The notes under the pieces are model-generated. The model saw only the letters and a list, made by a program, of their open reading frames with translations. It searched no databases and was not told the DNA's origin. A DNA stretch of 5,145 nt from Chlorokybus atmophyticus. Taxonomy: Eukaryota > Plantae > Mesostigma and Chlorokybus algae. The DNA lies in NCBI GenBank assembly GCA_009103225.1, contig RHPI01001506.1, forward strand, positions 1 to 5,145, written 5' to 3'. Every line of letters starts with the position of its first letter. The stretch's first letter is position 1. The position numbers and the translations under genes were made by a program. Positions 1 through 5,145 of this stretch are shown in pieces.

Positions 1-66
1 CACACACACACACACTGCACATGCACACACCCATGTGCACACACGCTTGTGCTGCGTAACATGCAC
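1..66. repeat. (CA)n microsatellite decaying into a GCAC/ATGC-rich alternating purine-pyrimidine tract
   Basis: CACACACACACACAC at 1-15 is followed by TGCACATGCACACAC and ATGTGCACACACGC. Confidence 0.85.
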
Positions 67-1146
67 ATCCTTTAGTATAGTCAAATGCTACATCTCCATT
101 GCTCCATAGAGGTGGCGGTCTGAGACAAGGCTGTCGTAGTTGCATGCACGTGGTGGTGCACAATGGCGATGGGTGATGTTAAGGCGATACCGATGCCCAA
201 GCGCTATGTGTGGCCAAGTAGGGCCGAGGAGGCCACTACTGTGAGTGCTGGCCTCATTGCTAGCGTGGCGGAGGTAGACCCTCAGTGCTATGACAATTCC
301 ATGAGCGTGGGGCTACTGGAGGCAAGCGAGAATGACCCTCCCCTCCCGATGTACTGAACTGCCCTCCATAAGAACGGGTGTGAGCTGCGGCAAAACCCTG
401 TCCGTGCACATAGCCCTAGTTGGGGACCCTACTTCTCTTTTGAGCCTGTGGTCTGGGCGGGTGGTGCTGAAAGGCGATGGTGCCGTTTGCGTACACTGCC
501 TCCTCGAAGGTCGCGCCGAGTGAAATCGGGTTGGGGTATACACTCCAGCTAGGGCAGCTGCCTGTGTGAAGCGGGCGTACGCGAATGTGACGACATGCAG
601 TGGGTCGCCTGCCCGACTCTGATCCCTGGCATCACGAGGAGGATGTACCAAAGGTTTTCAGTAGAGGCTAGCGGACAGTATGATCCTCTTTGTTGTATAC
701 AATTGTATAACCCTCCTAGCTACAAGCTTATTGCAATGTTGCATTACACGTAGACTATTCCCCACGTGTACATAAAGGTTCAGACTATCACAAGTATGCA
801 TGTCTACATGTGCCCCTCATCAAATGATCCATTGTCATTGTGCTTCTGTCAAATGCTCAGGGCAACAAGTGCTCATGGCATGACAGTCTTATAGCAGAGG
901 TGACTAGCATGCCCCGACGCCAACTTGGTGTCACTTGCGATCTGGCAAACACCTTCCGTACCTGCGTGGATCACAATCTCAATGGTGTATGTTGTAACTT
1001 GCTTACTGCAGCTCGTGCGAGCCAAACAGCTGACGTCTACGCGGGTGGGTCCATTAAGGTAGATTCATCGTATAAAATTTGTTAACATTCGTGTATGAGT
1101 AACAGCGCTGATGTATCACATATATGTGCGCACGAAAATGAAGGCT

Positions 1147-1154
1147 TATAAATA
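1147..1154 (+). promoter_or_regulatory. TATA-box-like element TATAAATA
   Basis: It is an exact TATAAATA at the boundary between AT-rich and GC-rich sequence, about 70 nt upstream of the ATG at 1218. Confidence 0.3.
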
Positions 1155-1217
1155 AAGAGGAGCCAACCTTCAACCTTTAGCGACCGCCACCCGCACCGAG
1201 CCGTCAAGACTTGCATC

Positions 1218-1355
1218 ATGACCCGCTTACTGGCAATATTGACCCTGTTATGCCGATTGCCGTCGCATGCCCGCCTTCGTCGGACCTGCTTGCATTCAGA
1301 CCCTTGCCCGGCCTATCAGCATGAAGACCTGCGCGCATGCCTAACTAGTAGCTAG
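1218..1355 (+). CDS. Possible 45-aa small ORF (MTRLLAILTLLCRLPSHARLRRTCLHSDPCPAYQHEDLRACLTSS)
   Basis: It runs from ATG at 1218 to TAG at 1353-1355, has a hydrophobic N-terminus and lies downstream of the TATA-like site. It is short enough to arise by chance. Confidence 0.15.
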   Translation: MTRLLAILTLLCRLPSHARLRRTCLHSDPCPAYQHEDLRACLTSS

Positions 1356-1548
1356 GTCATGACTTTAGATTTGTTAGTTCGTGACCTTAGCTTACACAAA
1401 GACCGCGCATAGCTATTCACTTATGCGTTTGGTTATAATTTTGTGATAGCGTGTTTTCTATCAAGTTGGGGTTTCTTTTAATGTCTCAATATGATCGTTA
1501 GCTTATGTTTCAAACACTCACAAATTCACAAGACTTGTATAAGTAGCC

Positions 1549-1793
1549 ATGGTGTTCACCGGATCAGCTGGTGACGCTGTGAGTGAGAACCTTGAAAAGC
1601 TTGTGAAGCGACTTGAACTACGAACACGCCGTCGCGGTTACCAAGAATTCGCTTGCCGTGTAAGAGCCTGTGCATGCTCGTGTGCAATGTGCTTGTTTTA
1701 CTGTGAGCTTGGTATAGTTGCGGTGTGCTTGTTGCATCAATCAGAGCATTGCATCTACAGTTGCGTGCTGCTTCACCTCATATAATAATGTAA
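1549..1793 (+). CDS. Possible small spliced ORF or gene remnant (exon 1549-1659, intron 1660-1760, exon 1761-1793)
   Basis: The start context is GCCATGG. The first 37 codons are protein-like (MVFTGSAGDAVSENLEKLVKRLELRTRRRGYQEFACR), followed by a GTAAGA donor and a TG-rich segment ending in CTACAG. The phase-0 join gives LRAASPHIIM-stop. Confidence 0.25.
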
Positions 1794-2356
1794 TACATTT
1801 TTCAAAGAATTGTGTAAACAGCACTACTTATGTAGTGGCTTGTTGACTCATAGTGTCACCTTTCTCGCTAAAATGAGTGTAGTTGCATTTTGCCTAAGAA
1901 GTGCAGTGTAACGATACTACTACTTACTTGGTGGTCGGGGATTGGCAAACTTACAACGGAAGTCCCACCAGCACCACGGTGCAGCACGTGGCAGGGAAAG
2001 CCGCAGCAGCGCACTAAGGAAGGAGAGGATGATCACCAACCTCTCTACAGGCGTGTAGCAAGATCCGGGGGGACACTTTTGGTGCAACGTTATGCTAACT
2101 TTCAATGTAATCAACTGCAATTTGTCATTTTCAAGATATACTATATCAGCTGACACTATGTGCAAGCTACTTGCAGTTGAGGCAGAGTTTGCGTTTATGC
2201 ACGATATGATACGCTATTGTTGACTTAAGCAACACATTTGAGCGTGTTATTTCTCAACTAGCTTTAAGGCAAACTCAGAGCATCTTGAACTTGCTAAGCT
2301 ATGGCAATGTGCTTGTCATGCACAAGAAGCACGCCCCAATACCTCTTAAGATCTTT

Positions 2357-2380
2357 TTACATAGGAGTAAGACTATTACA
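2357..2380 (-). terminator. Two TGTAA (UGUAA) candidate polyadenylation signals for the minus-strand gene
   Basis: TTACA occurs on the plus strand at 2357-2361 and 2376-2380, about 135-160 nt downstream of the TGA stop at 2516. UGUAA is the known chlorophyte poly(A) signal. Confidence 0.35.
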
Positions 2381-2515
2381 CACAAGGGCAACCGACACAG
2401 CATACACAACGTCACAAACAAGCCAACTATATGTCCTACTGTACAAGATTATCTCTGGGAGCAACGGTTATTAGACATGTTGACAGCAGCAAGGTAGTAG
2501 AATTATCATGAGCCT

Positions 2516-2870
2516 TCAAAGCGGCGGGGCATTGCCGGAGACTTGACTCGCACTTGGGATGGAGAGTTGGCTTGCAGACCGAACCACATCCAAGTCTGGA
2601 AGGCTCGGCACCTGAGACTCCTGCTGCGATTCCTGAGGCCAGCACTGCTTGCAGCCTTTAACATCTCGGCAGACACTGCAGCCTCGAATGTTGCGTGCCT
2701 GCGTTGTCTTGCCTTGGTCTGCCATTGCCTGCTTCCACTCATCAGACACGTCGGGGTGGTGGTTGGTGCATAGGGTCTGCTAAACCTCTTCCTTTCCTGT
2801 AAAGCGTGTAATGCACAAGTCGTGCAACTTCTTGGCACACCCAGCTGTGCCGCACTTGGTGGGGTACATG
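2516..2870 (-). CDS. Last exon: PHD-like Cys/His finger, Cys4 motif and Q/S/P-rich tail
   Basis: The frame reads MYPTKCGTAGCAKKLHDLCITRFTGKEEV*QTLCTNHH...RGCSVCRDVKGCKQCWPQESQQESQ...APPL-TGA. It is contiguous with the listed ORF 2516..2749 apart from one TAG at 2780-2782. Confidence 0.55.
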
Positions 2871-2954
2871 CTGTCGAAGTCAACAGTGATATCACAGTCA
2901 GGGACAGAACAACCTTTCACAGATTGCGAGTGGCTCCCTGAGGCCACATCTTAC
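2871..2954 (-). other. Probable intron, 84 nt (GTAAGA...CCTGAC...TTCGACAG)
   Basis: It has a strong donor, branch-like CTGAC/TTGAC words and a length close to the 83-nt intron. The frame join needs an upstream indel or an alternative weak donor at 3031. Confidence 0.55.
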
Positions 2955-3380
2955 TCGTTTTTGCTCATTTGTTTTTTCAAGAACATTAGCCTCCTTGGGG
3001 CAATTGGCTGTCATTTTCACAACGTTGCCACTGCTGCTTGATGGGCTTCGCTTCATTGGGCAAGGGCTCGCCTTCATCGCCGCTCGAATAGTTGAGGTCT
3101 AAGAACTTATCCATCAAATCCACCAGCCGATGCCACAAAGCCTCTTCAGCTTGCTTGGCCTCTGCAGCAGCAACATTGTCCTGCTCTGCATCTGAACTCT
3201 CCTGCTTGTTGCTGTCGCCTTCATCCTTGTGCTCGTCACCAAGAGGCTCTACAGCAGCTTCAGCATCCAGGTCCATAGATGCAGCGTCAGCTGGGGGATC
3301 TGTCTTCTGCAGCTCATCATGCAGCTCCTGCCACTTCTGATCGTCTGCCATTTCTTCCTGCGCCTCTGCGTAGCCATTCA
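2955..3380 (-). CDS. Exon encoding an Asp/Glu/Ala-rich acidic, probably disordered linker; frame disrupted near its 3' end
   Basis: It follows the TTTGTTTTCAG acceptor in frame (MNGYAEAQEEMADDQKWQELHDEL...DEGDSNKQESSDAEQD). The frame hits TAA at 2986-2988 before the GTAAGA donor at 2954. Confidence 0.55.
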
Positions 3381-3463
3381 CTGAAAACAAACATGCGGAT
3401 TATGATACCTCCCGTAACTGATCCTTGGCAATGCTCACACATGTCACAACACAAGGCGCTTAC
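3381..3463 (-). other. Spliceosomal intron, 83 nt (GTAAGC...TTTGTTTTCAG)
   Basis: It has a consensus donor and a pyrimidine-rich acceptor. Removal joins two otherwise separate ORFs in frame (phase 1). Confidence 0.8.
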
Positions 3464-3752
3464 TTGTCACAGCATTGGCCACTGTTTTAGACACCCACTG
3501 CTTCAAGCTAGAGTTTACTTTCTTGAATTTATCGTCACCCCCAGCTTCTTGCGCAGCATTGTCCTTAGTCAGCCACTGACCCAGCATCGCAAGGTGCCAA
3601 GCGGAGTTGTGGTTGAACCCTGTGAACATTTCACGCACAATCTCCTTGGCAATGGCCGCATGCGCCTTGACTCGCGAAAGCGGCACAGGCGTCGCAACGG
3701 GTTCTCCTGTAAGTGCTCTGTACTCGCTATCCAGTCCGTAATTGTGCCTCTC
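3464..3752 (-). CDS. Exon downstream of the MTase domain (ERHNYGLDSEY...KQWVSKTVANAVT), helical and of unknown function
   Basis: It is in the same frame as the 232-aa ORF (4499 and 3686 are both 2 mod 3). It is stop-free between the TTGCGTAG acceptor and the GTAAGC donor. Confidence 0.6.
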
Positions 3753-3818
3753 CTACGCAAGCAAAGTGGTCAGCCAGGGAGCTGAGATATGAGAGGTCCA
3801 TTAACTTAAAGTGCACAC
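3753..3818 (-). other. Probable intron, 66 nt (GTGTGC...GCTGAC...TTGCTTGCGTAG)
   Basis: It has GT-AG ends and a CTGAC branch-like word. Phase-0 removal deletes both in-frame stops (TAA 3801-3803, TAG 3753-3755). The donor is weaker than GTAAG. Confidence 0.6.
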
Positions 3819-4542
3819 TCTGCTTATCAGCTCCTCGTAGGCTTTGCTAAACTTTCCGCAGTACACACTCAAAGCGTGGATGCAGGTGGGATCGGGGTCT
3901 ACGAGGAATTCGCTGTACCCTCGCTTTAGGGCATATGTTGCAAAGCCCGCAGCACCAACACCAAGGTCCAAGAAGAACATCTCCCTGGTGTCCTTGCAAT
4001 AAGGCAAAAATTCAAAAGCAAGCCTTCGGGGGAATCGCTGAGCTTGGTTGACCATCTTACTTCCAAACTTCGCCATTCGAGCGGTCCAACAACTCCGCAT
4101 TATGTCACTGAGCAAATTATTTCTGGGGTCAGCTATTGCCCTGGCGTCGAGCAGAATCTCTTTCGGATCCCGACCCTCATCAACCTTGATCAGCTCCATC
4201 CTGGCATCAACCTTGCTCTTGAGATCTGGATGAGAGGCAAGGTGTTCTCTCAGTTGCGGAATAATAGGTTGATCGTCGTGATAGCTGGGAAGGCTGAACT
4301 TGCGTGGCAAAGCATAAATATGCCGGCTACCGACACCGCTCATTCGGGTCCACACGCTCAGATAAAAGCGCTCAAGGTTTGCGTGGTGCAAACCAACATT
4401 ATTGTCTTCATCCTTGAAGCAGGCAACTACCACATGATTGCTGCTGGCCCGAGATGCAAAATACGTGGGAAAAGCCAGTTGCTCTACGGAAGACAACACA
4501 GTAGCCTCAGTTGCTACATCAGGTTAGTGGACCTTGCATATC
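3819..4542 (-). CDS. Main exon encoding a SAM-dependent methyltransferase-like domain (beta-class N6_N4_Mtase-like order of motifs)
   Basis: The translation has FFLDLGVGAAG (SAM-binding motif I-like, 3945-3977), then ALKRGY and FLVDPD (acidic motif II-like, DPD at 3891-3899). Upstream are NQAQRFPRRL (4029-4049 for NQAQRFP, like the H-P-x-Q/F-x-P-x-x-L motif X), LSDIM (like s-d-v-w), LSVWTR (4344-4361, like i-i-W-x-K) and RHIYALPRK. The match was judged by eye and no HMM was run. Confidence 0.6.
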
Positions 4543-4606
4543 CTGGAACACAACGACTTACTGCTGCTGGTGTGGTGGTAGACCAATCACAGTTGACATT
4601 GCTTAC
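4543..4606 (-). other. Possible intron, 64 nt (GTAAGC...GTGTTCCAG)
   Basis: It has a consensus donor, and the phase-2 join CA|G ATA puts the upstream exon in frame with the MTase ORF. One TAA (4524-4526) still remains. An unspliced reading is also possible (see findings). Confidence 0.45.
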
Positions 4607-4797
4607 TGCGTAAATTCCACAGCGCCTTTAATTTCGGCGGCTGTGTAGACCAGCTTGGAGCCCGTGAGTTCTGTAACATCATCCCGGATGGCGACGGGAA
4701 GATCTAAATTTTCAAGTTGTTTGACAACTGCGCCCCCTGGTCATCCCTGAGAAGAGCAGCCTCACGCTCCCCAATTGACAGTGACTGTTTCAAAAAC
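4607..4797 (-). CDS. Probable upstream exon with an apparent frameshift at the G5 run (4733-4737)
   Basis: After the TACACAG acceptor (4798) one frame reads FLKQSLSIGEREAALLRDDQG. A shifted frame then reads AVVKQLENLDLPVAIRDDVTELTGSKLVYTAAEIKGAVEFTQ up to the GTAAGC donor at 4606. Confidence 0.4.
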
Positions 4798-4814
4798 CTG
4801 TGTACATATCATTA

Positions 4815-4932
4815 GTGTGTGCATCTGCACAATTGGTTGCGCGTGCACACGTCTAAGCACACGCGCACGTGTATCTGCAAGTGCACGCACACACATACAT
4901 CTGCGCGCACACATGCATACACTTGTGCGTGT
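4815..4932. repeat. Degenerate CA/GC alternating purine-pyrimidine simple repeat, probably intronic
   Basis: Runs such as GCGCGTGCACACGT, GCACACGCGCACGTGTAT, GTGCACGCACACACATACAT and GCGCGCACACATGCATACAC are separated by CT/AA/TT breaks. ATCTGC recurs at 4823, 4873 and 4899. Confidence 0.75.
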
Positions 4933-5145
4933 TGCTTGGCTCAAAGCTGACATCATACGCTGACAGACAGCCGCCTACAACTCATAAAGTGACTCCTAAA
5001 AAGCTCAATGACCAGGTGCCGCTGGCTCATAGGCCGCACTGGTCAGTGCAGCCGATGAGTCAGCCCTTACAGGCTGCATTGGGTGCGGTGTACAAATGAG
5101 CAGATGTGTATATGTGACAAAGAGTATTTGCGTGCTTGCATGCAC

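Larger units (their letters stand above)
2516..4797 (-). pseudogene. Spliced gene or pseudogene: putative beta-class amino (N4-cytosine/N6-adenine) DNA methyltransferase-like domain, acidic linker, PHD-like finger and Cys4 motif
   Basis: Several minus-strand ORF pieces join through GT-AG introns: 3753-3818 (phase 0) and 3381-3463 (GTG ACA A|TG AAT) fit exactly. Intron 4543-4606 gives a phase-2 join. Intron 2871-2954 needs a frameshift upstream. Internal stops remain at 4524-4526 (TAA) and 2780-2782 (TAG). The terminal stop is TGA at 2516-2518. The 5' end is not resolved and may lie beyond 4797. Confidence 0.65.

Noticed and set aside
200-345. GRVILACLQ*PHAHGIVIALRVYLRH as a TET/JBP or 2OG-Fe(II) oxygenase C-terminus
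   Set aside because: There is no HxD motif upstream and the His-to-Arg spacing is unconvincing. The stretch also contains a stop.
371-410. TGVSCGKTL in ORF 332..523 as a Walker A motif
   Set aside because: The spacing is GxxxGKT rather than GxxxxGKT, and no Walker B or supporting context is visible.
490-570. ALAGVYTPTRFHSAR in ORF 313..651 as a tyrosine recombinase HxxR box
   Set aside because: The expected downstream G-x-A-T, H/W and catalytic Tyr pattern is absent, and the resemblance is superficial.
1205-1540. CAAGACTTG(C/T)AT repeated at 1205 and 1529, each shortly before an ATG
   Set aside because: Dozens of exact 9-mer repeat pairs are expected by chance in 5 kb, and there is no extended similarity.
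2506-2895. 129-aa minus-strand ORF and overlapping ORFs 2436..2645, 2543..2773 and 2811..3041
   Set aside because: They are alternative frames over the Cys-rich last exon. Only the frame ending at 2516 gives ordered Zn-ligand spacing.
3279-3785. 168-aa plus-strand ORF (and 3092..3340)
   Set aside because: These are antisense shadows of the minus-strand exons. The Ser/Ala/Leu/Cys-rich composition is what the complement of acidic codons gives.
3945-3977. C5-cytosine DNMT assignment for the MTase motif
   Set aside because: In DNMTs motif I is N-terminal and is followed by PCQ and ENV motifs. Here it is C-terminal and no PC or ENV motif follows. An FkbM-like assignment is not fully excluded.
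4044-4613. 189-aa plus-strand ORF
   Set aside because: It is in exact antisense codon register to the MTase exon and has no recognisable motif, so it is a shadow ORF.
4762-5099. ORFs 4762..4956, 4775..4963 and 4869..5099
   Set aside because: They largely translate the CA/TG simple repeat into C/V/H/T/R/A-rich text, which is an artefact.
4940-5100. Further upstream exon(s) of the MTase gene, including a VIELF word and GTAAGG/GTATGA donors
   Set aside because: All three minus frames contain stops and several incompatible splice models fit equally poorly, so none can be supported.
1-5145. CRISPR array, tRNA/rRNA, terminal inverted repeats or LTRs
   Set aside because: No regularly spaced repeats, cloverleaf, rRNA-like motifs or long matching termini were seen by eye. 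The two ends share only simple-sequence composition.

Overview
Eukaryotic nuclear DNA of roughly balanced GC content, with short GT-AG introns, TGTAA words and CA/TG-rich simple sequence at both ends. This is compatible with a chlorophyte green alga, which is an inference. There are no rRNA, tRNA, CRISPR or recognisable transposase/integrase signals. The main element is a minus-strand, multi-exon gene or pseudogene running from about 4797 down to 2516. The ORF track breaks it into four or five pieces (3801..4499, 3444..3686, 2986..3390, 2516..2749). Hand-splicing joins these into one protein with four parts: a beta-class amino-DNA-methyltransferase-like (N4-C/N6-A) Rossmann domain, an acidic linker, a PHD-like Cys/His finger and a GCxxCRxxxGCxxCW Cys4 motif. 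The reconstruction needs 1-3 internal TAA/TAG stops and frameshifts, so it is a decayed copy or an error-prone assembly. Positions 1-2200 hold only weak coding remnants, a TATA-like site with a palindrome cluster, and small ORFs of uncertain status.
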